Part shown: positions 1 to 12,899 of the stretch, piece by piece
Layout of the letters: every line of letters begins with the position of its first letter
Numbering within the stretch: the first letter of the stretch is position 1
Assembly (NCBI GenBank): GCA_024137785.1
Contig: JAHRHZ010000266.1
Location: 41,259,940-41,323,939 of the forward strand
DNA: 64,000 nucleotides
Origin: Ginglymostoma cirratum
Taxonomy: Eukaryota
Direction: 5' to 3'
Made by a program: the position numbers and the translations under genes
The notes under the pieces: model-generated
What the model was told of the DNA's origin: nothing
Seen by the model: the letters and a program-made list of their open reading frames with translations, nothing else
Database searches by the model: none

Positions 1-172
1 TCCTCTCCTCTATCCATCCTCTATCCGCCTCCCCCTCTCTCCCTATTTATTTCAGAACCCTCTTCCCCTCCCCCATTTCTGATGAAGGGTTTAGGCCCGA
101 AACGTCAAGTTTCCTGCTCCTATGATGCTGCTTGACCTGCTGTGTTCATCCAGCCCCATGCTTGTTATCTCA
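1..172 (+). mobile_element. Penelope-like element terminal repeat (pLTR) fragment with minimal hammerhead motif
   Basis: CTGATGA-A-GGGTTTAGGCCC-GAAA-CGTC at 79-106; near-identical to 62877-63065. Confidence 0.8.
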
Positions 173-1340
173 GTATTTGTGTGGCATGGATTTTATTTAT
201 GCATCCAGAAGGCTTGCAGATTTGGTCAGAATGAGCCAGGAGAAGGGATCGGGTAGGTCTCAGCAGTTTGCAGGGATTAAGAAAATTTCGGAGCATAAAC
301 ATAATCCAAGTTCAAAAGATGCTGTCATAGCTCTGAAAATTTGAAATTCTTGACCCAATCTTATGCTTGAAACAAGGGCAAAAGGAGTCCAACTTTTCTG
401 TCAATATCTTAAACTGCATTTATAAACTGGAAAATTTAACGGTGCTATTTATTAAAAAAAGTCAGAATTCATTGTGCTCCTTGGATACCTGAACAAGATG
501 TTTACAATAAATACCTCATTAAAGAGGCATGTATAATATAAAGATTATCTGGGACAGGCTGTCAGTACACAACCTGCTGGCGTCAAACTAATCTCAGAAT
601 ATTTGGTAATGCATTGTTTCCAATCAATAACTAATTAACTAAGTACAATAGAACTTGCAATGATTCCTAGGTACCTTGTTAAAAAATGGCTTTTGGCTGC
701 ACATGACCAGAAAGGTCGCCTTCACAACATCTCTGCAAGTCTTTCAACATCCTGCCTCTGTCAGATTAAATTACTTTTAGGAATTAATTGACCTAAGTCA
801 AATCAGTACTAAGATAGTTACAGCAGGTTGTCATAACAACATTGTGGCAAGTTGTTTTGATATGAATTTCTTCTCCTGACCTTTCATCACATCTTAATTT
901 TTTTTGGTTGACCTGACTGGAAAATTGGGAGAGTACTTCTACTTGAACTTCAGAGGTCTTGTCTCAGAAAGCACTTTGAGCATTTGATATTGCATGATGG
1001 CTAATTGAAAAGGATAAATTTGAACTGGTATTCCATATCCTGGCAATGCTCAGGTAAAAGAAAAAAGCTTTGTTCAATTAATCTTTATTTGCCATTAGGA
1101 TAGAACTGGATAAAAAGAAAACAAGCAGCTGTAGCTGCTAAAATCTGGCAAAGTACAAATGGATTGCTTGCTGTAATCTATTTAGCATTCTAGCAGATAC
1201 ACATTACAATAGATCTAACAATATTGGAATACAGCTCTTTAACATACTTTTAGAAATTAATTATAATCCCCTGTTGTTTGAGCACTTCATTTCTTAGTCA
1301 ACAAGGTTAAACCCCAGTACAGTAACAACTTTTCTTGGTA

Positions 1341-2534
1341 TGTTATAATACCAGCTGATGATAATACTGGACAGATCAGATTTCAGAATTGATAATAAGT
1401 TTTATTTTGTAATTTGGTTACTGTGGCGGCCAATCACATACATATGCACAAGAGGCTGCCAATATACTTTTGGTACATGTGACAACAATAAATCAAACCA
1501 AATCAAATCAAATCAAATCCAATCAAAGGAAATAAAAACAACCTATTACACTATATAAGAACTAGTTTAAATGATCTTAGAAATCCACAAACCTCAGTGA
1601 AATGTCACTCTGTTTCAACTTTCAAGTTCCTTCTTGAGTTGCCTGGATATACTTGGTTTCTTTCCAGCAAACTTCTTGCATTAACTTGATGTGATTTCTT
1701 TAGTCAATGTCTCTTCCTGAAACCCTTAAACAAACTACTAACGCAGCTCAATTATGTGTTAGATGGATTCCCAAAGGTCCTCTTCACAGCCCTCCATTTC
1801 TGGAGCTTCACAGGACTTCTTTCTCCTGTTTTGACTGTTTTGGAAACTGTAAGACTACACAGCTGCTAGAATAGGCCTTTTTCTCTCTGAAAGAAGCCTG
1901 CACAGGCACACTCTGAAAGAAATTTTTAAACTCATTGAGCTTTGGATGATTTTCTTGCTCTGAAGGGAAACTTTCTGTCTCTGTTTCCTGTGCAACAGGA
2001 AAGCTTGTCACTAGGCAACAACATTTTTATTATTTCTTCTATTCACGTTGCTGGGGCACTGAACTTCAAGGGTTTTAAAGGGCTCGTTCAAATATATGTA
2101 AACGAAACTTCAGACACCCTGGAACTACTAACGGTAAGTAAAAGTAAAGTCACCGTAGTCCCGACGGATCATAGGGCTGCTCTCCCATTACAGAGAGACA
2201 ATTTGTGTTAGCTTAACCTGAGGATCACCACACCTCAAATGAGGAGAGATACTGAGAAGGCAGGATCTTCATGGTGACCTCAGTTAGTGTGGAATTAAAC
2301 TGCACTACTGGCGTCATTCTGCGTTGCAAATCAGCCATCTAGCCAACTGAGCTAACTGACCTCCACTCCTGACAGAATTCAAAAAAATGAAACTAAAATT
2401 AGTTCCTTCCTTTCCTAACCCACACAATCAAACACAAATTAAAAACAAACCAAACTTAAAAGCCATTCATGGTTCTATCCACTTTAGAACACAATTTTCC
2501 AAATAACGACAACACACAACAAACCTTCATAAAA
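1341..2534. mobile_element. Possible decayed solo LTR interrupted by a SINE
   Basis: Begins TGTTATAA and ends CATAAAA (degenerate TG...CA-like termini); no TSD found. Confidence 0.3.
2134..2361 (-). mobile_element. tRNA-derived SINE
   Basis: Minus strand begins GGTCAGTTAGCTCAGTTGG (A box), has a degenerate B box AGTTTAATTCC, and ends in a short (CTTTA)n-like tail. Confidence 0.7.
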
Positions 2535-2672
2535 GTTTCTAAAGCTATCAATATATTATGAAGGTTTTCCTTCAATAGATTTGGATTAGAACTGAAATTT
2601 CACAACAAAATCAGCTCCTAAATTTCAATGTATCAAGTGATAGGCACTGTCCCATTTTTATATTTAATTTTA

Positions 2673-3602
2673 CTTGTGGTATGAGCATTACTAACAAGGC
2701 CAGCATTTGTTGTCCTTCACCAATTGGCCTTGAGATAATGATGATGAACTATGTCCATGTGGTGCTGTTAGGAAGGTACATTCAGATTTTTCTCTCAGCA
2801 ATAAAGGTCTGCTGCCTTGGTTATTAGTCTGAGGTCATGGGTTTGGGAGATGCTGTTGAAGAAGGCACAGTGGCATAGTGATTAGCACTGCTGCCTCTCA
2901 GTACCAGGGACCCAGGTTCAATCCACCTTTAAGCGACTGTCTACGGGGAGTTTGCACGTTCTGTCCATCTTTGTGTTGGTTTCCTTCGGGTGCTCCAGTT
3001 TCCTCCCACAGTCCAAAGATGAGCAAATTAGGTGAACTGGCCATGCTAAATTACCCTGTAGTGTCCAGGGATGGGTAGGTTAGGTGTGTCAGCCATGAGA
3101 AATGCAAGGTTACAGGGATAGGGTAGGTAGATTGGCCTGGGTGGGGTGCTCTTTGGGGACTCGATGTGAACTTGTTGAGCCAAATGGCCTGTTTCCACAC
3201 TGTAGGGATTCTTAAAAAAAAAAGTTCTTGCAGTGCATTTTAGAGATGTTTCCACTTCCACTGGTGGTGGTGACAGTGAATGCTTAATGTGGCCAATGGG
3301 CTGTCAAGGAAATGGCCTGCTTTATCCCAAATATTGTCCAGTTATATGAACATTATTGGAGTTGCATGTATTCAGGCAAGTAAGAGCAGACCATTAGATT
3401 GTGGATTGGCTCTAGAGGACCATGCCTGAAACACTCACTGCAGGATTTCCAACCTTCGACCTGCACTTACAGTGATTTATATTGCTGGTCCAGTTAGGTT
3501 TTTTGGCTAACGGTCACCCCAGAATGTTGATGGTACAGAACTTGGCAATAATACTGTCATTGAATGCCAAGGGGAGACAGTTAAGATTATCTGTTGTTGG
3601 CA
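2673..3602 (-). mobile_element. 3' fragment of CR1/L2-group LINE (family B), interrupted by HE1-like SINE
   Basis: Reverse complement matches the 3' part of the copies at 18480-20175 and 45400-47525. Confidence 0.7.
2864..3223 (+). mobile_element. HE1-like V-SINE
   Basis: tRNA-like head (AGCACTGCTGCCTC...GGTTCAATCC), V-domain GGAGTTTGCACGTTCT...TTTCCTCCCACAGTCCAAAGA, CR1-like tail GGCCTGTTTCCACACTGTAGGGATTC followed by poly-A. Confidence 0.85.
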
Positions 3603-3989
3603 ATAGTCTGTCAGAAAATATTGGTTAACTGCACTCATTTTAAATTGCTTTTCCCAACCAATTGAAAAAAAACTTATCACTGGTTTATTGTCTTAGTCCC
3701 TGTGAACAGTATGGGAACTGAATTTTTTTTCAATGCTTGAGACCAAAAACTTTGGAAGATTAAAAATTGACACATCAGTAATCGGTAAGTGTACCTCACA
3801 AATATCCTTATGAAGTAATGGGATAATTTACAATCATCATTGTTTCATTGACAGTCATGAAGGTAAAGCCTGGTTTCACAGGGTAGAGAACTTCACAGCT
3901 GAATAAAATGTCACAGTTATCTCTTCAGAGTGGTTTTCTTTGATGTTCAAACACTCCTTTTTGTCTTGATTGTCCTTAAAGGCAAAGAT

Positions 3990-4680
3990 GACCATGTTCA
4001 TGAACTGGAGTATTTCACAGGCTTCCACTGGTGGGATATCAAAACTCCTAAGAAAGGATTCAGTGTGGTCTTGTAACATTTTCTTGAACTGTCATGAGTG
4101 TGCACCTCATACTCAAGAAGACTTCCTTGAGTGAAAGAGCGCCAGGCATTCTGGCTACATGGTCAGACAAGCTCGACTTGTGACTATATCAATATGGTGT
4201 GGATGCTTGGCATGCCAGCTCAAGTGAGCATCTCAATGTCCAGTATTTGATCCTGCCACCTGATTTTCAGAAATTTCTGAAGGTAGTACAAACGAAAGTG
4301 GTCAAACATTTTTGGGATGATGTTGGTACACAGTCCACATCCTGAATGCATAGATAGAATGGTTTGATAGGCAGATCTACTCCTCTGTGTTCCACACTGA
4401 TGTCTGAAATCTTCCAAAGGGTAAAATTATCAATTCCTAACTATATTACATCAGTTTTCTGGGTGCCTTGGAAATCAAGTCCATGTTAATGTCCAACTCT
4501 GTAGCTAGGGTACACTTATCAGCAAACAGAAAATTTCGAAGTATGTCCTTGCAGACCAAGATATTTGCCTGTTCATCTAAAACTGAGCAGCTTCCCCATC
4601 CATGCAGTATCTAATTCTGTTGCCAGGATCACCATCTTGGATGGCATCAGAAAACATAAGGGCTGTCATTCATGTATAGT
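3990..4680 (-). mobile_element. RTE-clade LINE fragment (C-terminal part of ORF)
   Basis: Translations LQKFLKIRWQDQILDIEML and SFLRSFDIPP resemble the RTE motif LRKILxIxWQDKIPxxEVL and the downstream region. Confidence 0.7.
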
Positions 4681-4724
4681 TTATTTAAGTTATTAACTTG
4701 GAATTGTTTTTATTACACTCTTAG

Positions 4725-5145
4725 GACACACTTAATGCCTGCCCTTGTTGCCTTTGAGAAGGTGATGATGAGCTGCCTTCTTGAACAGCTGAAGCGCATG
4801 TACTATCGGTTGATCCAGAATGCCCTCATAGAGGGAATACCAGGATTTTGACCCCGCAACAGTGAAGGAATGGCAATACATTCCCAAATCAGGGAGATAA
4901 GTGGTTTGGAGACGAAATTGCAGGTTGTGGCGTTTCCACGTATCTGCTGCTCTTTTCTATATGGATGAAAGTGGTCATGGGTTTGGAGGTGCTGTCTAAG
5001 GACCTTTTGTGCATTTCTGCACAGCATCTTGTCGATAGTACACACTGATGCTACTGAGAATCGTCGTGAAGGGGGTAGATGCTTGTTGATGTGGTGCCAA
5101 GATGGGTCCGAAGATGCACTATCATCCAGGACACAGTCAAGCATG
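4725..5145 (-). mobile_element. CR1/L2-group LINE family B 3' fragment
   Basis: TTGAGAAGGTGATGATGAGCTGCCTTCTTGAAC is the reverse complement of the family B 3' region; also at 52918-53660. Confidence 0.75.
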
Positions 5146-6988
5146 CTATCATGAAACTGTTGAACAATTGCGATAAATTATGCAGGGCAATTTCATCATT
5201 ACCTTATAAAGGATTTCACAGCTGACTGTGTCAATGACCCTGTGGTCACATCAATAATTATGGTGGAGAAGTCTTGTTTTTTGGTATTTCAAGGCCTAGG
5301 AACATTGGGTAATAGAAACAAAGTAGGCCATTTATCGCCTCCAGCCTTACACAATCTAACACAATTTGCCAAATATTCAATATTCACATATTATAAATAT
5401 ATTCCAAGTACTGTAAGTAATGCAAAGACTAGATGTGCAATTATTGAGTTTTCTTATATTCAAGCTAGTGTGGATGCTTCTGATGTCAATATACCTATGA
5501 CTTTAGTTGCTCAGTTAAAAACAAACTTGGCAAATCTAATATTACTTTAGTTCACTTCCCTGTCAGTAGCCTCTCACAATACCTCTCTATCTATGACCTA
5601 GTTGTATGCACAAATCAATGCATAAATAAAGTGAAATTTAATATTGCCCTGTGAACCTCCCTGCTAGGCAATAATACCAAGAGATCTAACTGCATCCAAA
5701 GACACTAAATTCACATGCCATGTGGGTTTAAAAAGACCATCTTGGTGCCAATGGGCAAACACATTGTATTTTAAGTGGATCTTCAAGGTAGGCTAATTGT
5801 GGAAATTTACAAAGTGCAAACAGTTTTAACCATATTAAATTGCACTGCGTGATTCTAATTCTACGACTCTAAACTTAAATTTAGTACATACCCAAATGTA
5901 TTTGTTCTTGAATTTAACTAAATTTTCCCTTCAGAGTGATAGCTTTAAAAACGTGGATGCAAAATTAAAATTGTGGAATAATTGTGACATGTCATAAGCT
6001 ACTGTCAAATAAAATATGTTACCCTGCTCTAAGATACTGACTTTTCCCTCACGGCCGAACAATCTTCATTTCTAAGATCATTTTCATACATGAAAGAACT
6101 GAATCGATATCTTAAATGTGTTTTAACACAAACAACATATACAGCAACCACAGACTTAGTATTATGTATTCAATCAACTTTTAAGATTATGTGGAAAATT
6201 TCACAGGTGCAGTGTGAACTCTGAGCTCTAATAAACACCTTTTGGTATTACATCAACCTGGAACCAATGTATAATGCATTGTATAGATGCTAGGCACCAA
6301 CTAATGTCAAAGTCTGAATAATATTGTCTCTGCCCCCTGCAGAAATGGAGAACTGTGGGCAGCACTGTTATAACGATCTCACGCTGTTAGCTTTACAAAG
6401 TGTAAGGGTGCACTGAATAAGTGATGCGGTAGACCAAGGACTAGCACTTGCTCATTATGTTGCACCACTACTATCCTATCATAAATATTTATCGAGATAT
6501 TAATAATTTTCCCTTTGTTGTACAGTAGTTTTACTACTGAGCTTCTTTTAGAATTGCTGTACAACAGGTTTGTTGGCTTGTGGAAAACAAGGGCCAGGCA
6601 AGTGAGCTACACTTTATAATTTTTCATTTAATGGATAATGTTCATTTGCAAAATAAATCTATTGTACAAATGACACTTATAAAAATAAGTGTTCAGAAAG
6701 ACAAAATTGTTTAAATTTATTCAGGTTATTGCAAGCTGAATTTCTGAACTTATGCGCTTTCAAAAGATAAATTTTAAACTTTACTTGTATATTAAAATAC
6801 TTACAATATATTTTCAAGATTTTATGTTTAAATTTATATTATCTCACTGATTCAGCCTGTGATTTATCAAATTGGTAATTGTTAAAACTATGTTGAACTT
6901 CATAAATGCACACGACCACTCAATAACTGGTAAACACAATCAGGTTGCTCCAACAATTTACCATTACTGAAAAGTACCAAATACTAAC

Positions 6989-7207
6989 CCTAATGGGAAT
7001 GTGCTTTGTCTCTTTCTCTTTTTGAGGATTTCGATACTTCTCATAAAAGTCACGCCGTTTGATCGTCTCTTTCTGGCTGTCATCTTTCTTCTCTTTCTTT
7101 TCGGCCGGCTCATCTGTGTCACTTGCTGGTGGTTGCACTTGTTTCTTTGACTTCTCCACTTCTACATAGTTTTCATTGGTGTTTAGAACTATTACTCCAT
7201 ATCCCTC
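6989..7207 (-). CDS. FAM172A: Internal coding exon of FAM172A/ARB2A (Arb2-domain cotranscriptional regulator), 73 codons, phase 0-0
   Basis: Minus-strand translation [73 protein letters not shown] aligns without gaps to recalled human FAM172[20 protein letters not shown]...SDEPAEKRERK...[17 protein letters not shown]...YIR. Acceptor ttataacag| (CAG at 7210-7208), donor |GTTAGT (6988-6983). Confidence 0.95.
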
Positions 7208-9518
7208 CTGTTATAAAATTACACAAAGAAGCACATATTTACATTTTACAGAATCGAACTCAGTCATTTCAAAGAGAAAATAACAAAACAACCGGAAATT
7301 TTTTAAACTCAATATTACAAGGATTTTAACCGTATAATTGTCATAAATAGAAGTGCAATCATGAAAATAACAAAACAATGGTAACATTTTAAGATGCATG
7401 TGACAATTGCGGTGGCTGTAGAAATGCAATGTCTGCGACATAAAGCATCTTCTTCAACAGGTTCATCGTTAATTTAATCGGTAGATATCCTGAAATGTTT
7501 ACACTTGGTCAAGCAAAGGATATTTTTTCAAAAAAAAAGAATTCAAATGAACACTCTCAATGAAGTTGATACCGACATAAAGTCAACATCCATAGCCTTT
7601 TGGCCCAGAAATATTAGTGGAAGTCCATCTAAGTAAGCACTGCAAAGTGGTTGAAGTAACCTTTCAAATGCTCTATCAACCTGAAGGAAAATGTACTTTA
7701 TTGGGATTGCAATTTAACACATTACCAGAAAACATTGTTAATAATTAAATTATTTTGTAACACAAAACATAGGAACCTAGCAGTTCAATCATGCAGTTCA
7801 GTCTGGTAAGATGACAGTTCTTAATGTTCTCCAAGTGTTAAATGACATTCTATGATGACATACATTTTTTCAGTTTTTGCTTCTTTAATACTAAGTTTTC
7901 CAGATGTTAAACATAGTAGCAAATGTCAATTTCATGACAGCTGCAAAAGGTTACCTAACATAGAAGAACATAAAAATTCTTGTGAACTCAGTTTTTGAGG
8001 TGAAACTGCTTTGACATTTATCATATAATTTTTGTCATATGAATAACGAACAATTTTCAATTTTAATTGTTTTACTAATTAAAACGCCATAAGCTACAAA
8101 CAATTATTTATTTAGCTTGTATCCATTAATGCTAAGTAGAAATCCTTGCAGATAATTCAAAACTGAGGCCTCTTTCTGTAAGTCACAAGAAGTACAGTCC
8201 CTCTTATGGTGGTAAATATTTAATTTATTTGTCAGGCTTCGTCTTTGAAAGCACTCTTGCACAGATAGAGAAAATGATTATATGACACTACAGTTGAGAA
8301 ATAAACAATTTGCCAGATTTCTTTGGGATCCAATTGTCTAACGAACTTTATGTGCAAGATGATCACACACTCACCCAGGACCTATTGCAACTTTTCATAA
8401 TCTTGCAAGATGTCTTTCAGAATCCTGTTATACTTGCCCCTCCCACCACAGCAGAGTGAAAAGACTAAGTCGCAGTCTACTGAACAGTCTGAAATGGCAG
8501 CTTTCAGTCCGCTGCTCTTTGTATAAGAAAACGGTCAGAAAGGTCATGACAGGCCATGAAGAAAATTATCTTGATACAAAGTGTTCTGCCATGGGTAAGT
8601 GCTCTTTTGTCAGCGTGTCTCACATCCACCCACCCTGTGAGTAAATCTGAGTAGTTTTAATGTAATGTTTTGGAATGTAGCCAGCACATTTTATCATCCC
8701 TAACACAGGAAACATACATGGATAATTTAACAGTGGATTCAATTCTCAATACCTATAATAATCTACATACAAATGGCAATTAAATTTGGTTACATAAACC
8801 TTACGTTTGACATTTAAGAATCTGTCATAAACATGAACTGGATGCTTAATGTTCTTGCACATTCATAACTGTTAAACGGTTTCATCATTCTATGTCTCAT
8901 TAGGATGGTGGTGTTTGAACAAAACCAACTTTGTCCTGGAAAGGATTTCCTTCCTAAGTCTGAAGGGCTAAGAATTTGATCGTATAGAGTGGCTTCAAAT
9001 TAGAGTTTCAGAGTCACAATTCCCCAGGGCAGACAGTATCACAAGCTAATACCTAAACAGCCCGCTTGGGTTTCTCTAATTTCTTTTCTAAAGGACCTTC
9101 ATAGATATTGGCTCATGGTATATTCAGCCCCAGGGAGTTGAGGTAACTCATGTAATACTACAATGAAATGCAATTAAGCAGAGAAATATTTAAGCTTGAA
9201 TACAGGTACCTAAAGGGTTTAAATACAGAAAATGGCATAACAAAGTGACGTGGAAGTGAAGAATATTCCAAAAGACTTATAGATACCTGATCACAATTAC
9301 TACTGCACAACTATTAACTAGCACCCTTGGAAGATTCTTAAAACCCTAGCCATCCAGCTGGTTATACTGCTTTTATTTGAACAATTCATAAAACTTACAG
9401 AAAATATTCTAACAAATTGATACATAGTATACGAATTAATATTTGGTAGGTTGAAATTTGATACCTCTCACAGTGAGAACCAAGACTTAGCAAACTATCA
9501 AATTTTATATATATATAT

Positions 9519-11060
9519 GAAATACTGCAGATGCTGGAAATACAGAGAAGAAAATGCTGCAGGAACTAAGTGGGTCTAGCAGCATCTGTAGAGAGAAAAA
9601 CAGAGCAAATGTTTTGAGTCCAAAAACATTTCCTCAGAACTGAAATGGGCTGCAAATGAAAGCTTTTATGTATTTCACAAATGGAGAGAAGGAGCGAATG
9701 GAATAAATGTTGAGGGTGTCCTAAGCAAAAGGCAAAATCTGTGTTGATGGTGGTAAAGAAGATATAGAAATGTAAAATAGTTGTCATTATGAGGTATGAA
9801 TAGGTGAAAATATATCAGCTCCGCTGAAAGCAAAGCCATCAAGACACAAAGTACCTGGAGGGAAAAACTAGTGAAAATAAAACTTGGAAATGAACATATT
9901 GTAGTACTCTTCTGCAGTATACAAAACAAGTCAGACTAGTTTGAAACAAATGTAAGCAGAAAGCAGCACTGATGTTGACATCCATGTACCAGAGAAAGAG
10001 TTGAGGGAGGGGTTCCCATGTAGGACTGGAAAAAAGGAATGTTCCATTTATGCCAGAAAGGGAGTCATAACTGGGACTCACACAGGCAGCCTTAGCAATA
10101 CATGTGATGTGGAGAAAATGAAATGAGCTCAAGGAGAATTTTTTAAAGAGAGGACAAGCTTAGTCAGGTTCAGTAGGTTGATGATGGATGGGGACTGCTA
10201 ACATCTCTTTTCAAGGAAGAAGCAGAGAAGTCAGACCATCCCGAAGGAGATGGGATGTGTAGACAGATAGCACAGCCATGGTAAAGTGGAAGCAGCTAGG
10301 GCTAGGAAACTGAAAATTGTGGACCTGACATAAAGCATCGAAAGAATCACAATCGTTAAGTGGGAAGAGATGGAACAAAAGGAGAAATAATCTGGTCAAG
10401 ATTAGAAGAAATAAATTCAGTGGGTCAGGAATAGCTGAAATGATAGGTCTGCCAGACAATCCTGTTAGTGTATTTTGGGAAGAAGGCAGAAGTGGTTGGT
10501 CGGGGGGTTTGGTGGGGGCAGTAGTCGTCAATGAGGTGGGAAGCTGTGGAATGGAGATCTCTAGAGGAGATGGGGTAATGTCAATGCCAGAAACAACAGC
10601 TTTATGTTCGTTGGTGGGGTCACAATCCAAGGAATGTTCGGAAGAAGTATCCAAGAGTTAATGCCAGCCTCTGTAAGGAAATACAAGTACCACTCTTATC
10701 AGCAGGTTTGATAAATAAAGTCAGGGTTAGACACAACACAGCAAAGTGCAACTACTTCAGAGGAAGATCTGTTAGAGTGGGTGAGTGGCGTGGAGAAATT
10801 AAAGAGCTGCTATCATCTCAACAGTCCTCGATGAAGACAACAAGTGCAGGCAAGACACCACAGTGAGAGATCCAGATAGATGGCAAGAAAGGGTCTGTTT
10901 ACCATAAGAAGGATTCCTGGATTCCTATCAAAAAAGTGGGTAGTAAAAAGAAGGCATCAGAAGAAGTTTGATGCCATGTCGTGCCCACTGTTGAATGATT
11001 TTTTTTTAATATTAAGATGGTGGAAAGGAGAGAAGAAGACTCTCACTTTTATGAAATATT
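9519..11060 (-). mobile_element. Decayed Penelope-like retroelement (RT fragment and 3' terminus)
   Basis: ORF 10211-10654 contains GRPIISA...DSFDALCQVHNFQFPSPSCFHFTMAVLSVYTS, matching PLE RT motifs (GRPIVS, TMDVxSLYTSIP). Terminus ACTGCAGATGCTGGAAA is shared with other PLE copies. Confidence 0.8.
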
Positions 11061-11149
11061 GAGTACCCTTTCAGATACCTGGAATATAATCGTTTTCTTG
11101 GATTGCAGGGCATGTTGATAAAGAAGCATTTATGGGCCATCCCTCAACA

Positions 11150-12450
11150 CCTTGAGGACATGCAGAATTCCTCAGGTTAGAGTCTTAGGCCCAATCATCT
11201 TCAACTGCTTCACCAATCCTTCCATCATAAAATTAGACTGGGAATATCTCCTGATGATTGTGCAATGTTCAAAAGAAAGAAGAAACAGAGCTGAAAAAAC
11301 AACACTGACAAGAACCTAGAAGATGCCTCTGATGATGTAATGCTGCTTGTGAAGATATAGTGTCAGTGCCTACCAACTTGGAGAGATTTTTATTTGCCAC
11401 TTAAAGGATGAGATGCAAGAAGGTGCAAAGCAAAGTCTCCAATATGAAATCCAGGCTTCGCAGACATGTACGTGAGACCTTTCAATAAATGTTATCTGAT
11501 CTTAAAGTACGGCTCCGTGCAAATTTCAGAAACATCACCTTTAAACCTGATGACAACTGAGCTTTTGATTCTCACCAGTTATGTGTCACTCAATTGAATG
11601 ATTTAACTTCCTAAGTTAGATGCTTAACGCAGGCTGCTTTAGGAAATTGTCATTCTTCTAAAAAAAAAAGTTGTTGTTTTTGTCCATGGTTATTGGGCTG
11701 CTTTTAAATGAAGCTGCAGGGCAAAAATCTTATTTGATGGTAAAAGTTCACTACTCTTCAGATACTGAAGCAGCCCGTGACCATATGTAGCCAAGACCTG
11801 GACAACATCCAGGTTTAGGCTTGTAAGTAGCAACTAACATTTGCACCGCACAAGTTCTGGGCAATAATTATGCCCAGCAAGAGAGAATCTAATTGTATTT
11901 TCTTGACAATCAATGGCATTACCATCACTGAATCTAATACTATGAACATTCTAGAGGTTATCATTGTCCACAAACTGAACTGGAGTAGACAGATAAATAA
12001 TGCGGCTAAAAGAACAGATCTGAGCTTTAGAATTGAGTGTTGAATTCACTCCCCTCCTAACACTGCGAAACCTGTCCACTATCTCCAAGGCACAAGTCAA
12101 GAATGTAATGCAATACTCTCCATTTGCCTGGATGGGTGCATCTAAAACATTCAACAGCTGGAGACGTTCAGGATAAAGCTGCACTCTCAATTGATATCGC
12201 ACCCAACAGTCATTAAACTTCTCTCTTCCTACCACCAATGCATCATACACCACCTGCAAAATGCACTGCAGCAACTCACCAAAGCATCGACATTACCTTC
12301 ATAACCTATGAACTTTACAACTGAGGAGGACAAGGACAACAAATGACTGCTATTCATCTCCAAGCCATGCACTATTCTGACATGAAAGTATATTGTTGGT
12401 CCTTTACTGATAATACCCTGGAACTTCATTCTTATTAACACTGAAGATGT
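11150..12450 (+). mobile_element. CR1/L2-group LINE family B fragments (RT to 3' region), interrupted at ~11270-11755
   Basis: TTCCTCAGGTTAGAGTCTTAGGCCCAATCATCTTC (PQGSVLGP-like), CAAGACCTGGACAACATCCAGG. Confidence 0.75.
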
Positions 12451-12899
12451 AACTATACCCCAATATGTCTTTTAGCAAAGGACTCACACATTGGCTGCCA
12501 GAAAGCACCAAATATATGTGTAGATTAAGCATTTCATAAATTTATCAATTATCTGGTGATGATACACCATCAAGTATCTAGCTGAAGTGTAGGTTTGGCA
12601 GTGAACTTAATACAAATTGTTTGCCTGAATGTTTGTCCAATGAATATCACATGTCACAGAAAGAAACTGCATTTCGAAATTGATGATGGCAGATTGATTT
12701 GTCTCCATCTCCATACCTGTTCAACATCTGCTACTTCTGTATATTCCATTATTTATTCTCCAGTCTCAGTTTCAACAGGACAACATTCACATTGTTAATT
12801 TTTTTAAAGATATGTAGAAAAACTCTAAACATCTGTTTTTATATTTCTGGAAATTAGAGGTGTGCGCAACAAGGGTAATATACGTGAGGAATTTCAATC

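Noticed and set aside
1490-1526. (AAATC)n run giving KSNQIKSNQIQS in an ORF
   Set aside because: Simple microsatellite; the ORF is spurious.
2521-2567. 12-bp inverted repeat AAACCTTCATAA...TTATGAAGGTTT
   Set aside because: AT-rich with a 23-nt spacer; plausible by chance, no supporting context.
2864-2935. tRNA genes at SINE heads (also ~2290-2361, ~28995-29062, ~63490-63710)
   Set aside because: A/B boxes are present but there is no intact cloverleaf, and they continue into SINE body sequence.
6920-7159. 79-aa ORF as a stand-alone gene
   Set aside because: It is part of a spliced FAM172A exon. The called start is an internal GTG (Val) and the tail VSIWYF... is intron read-through past the donor at 6988.
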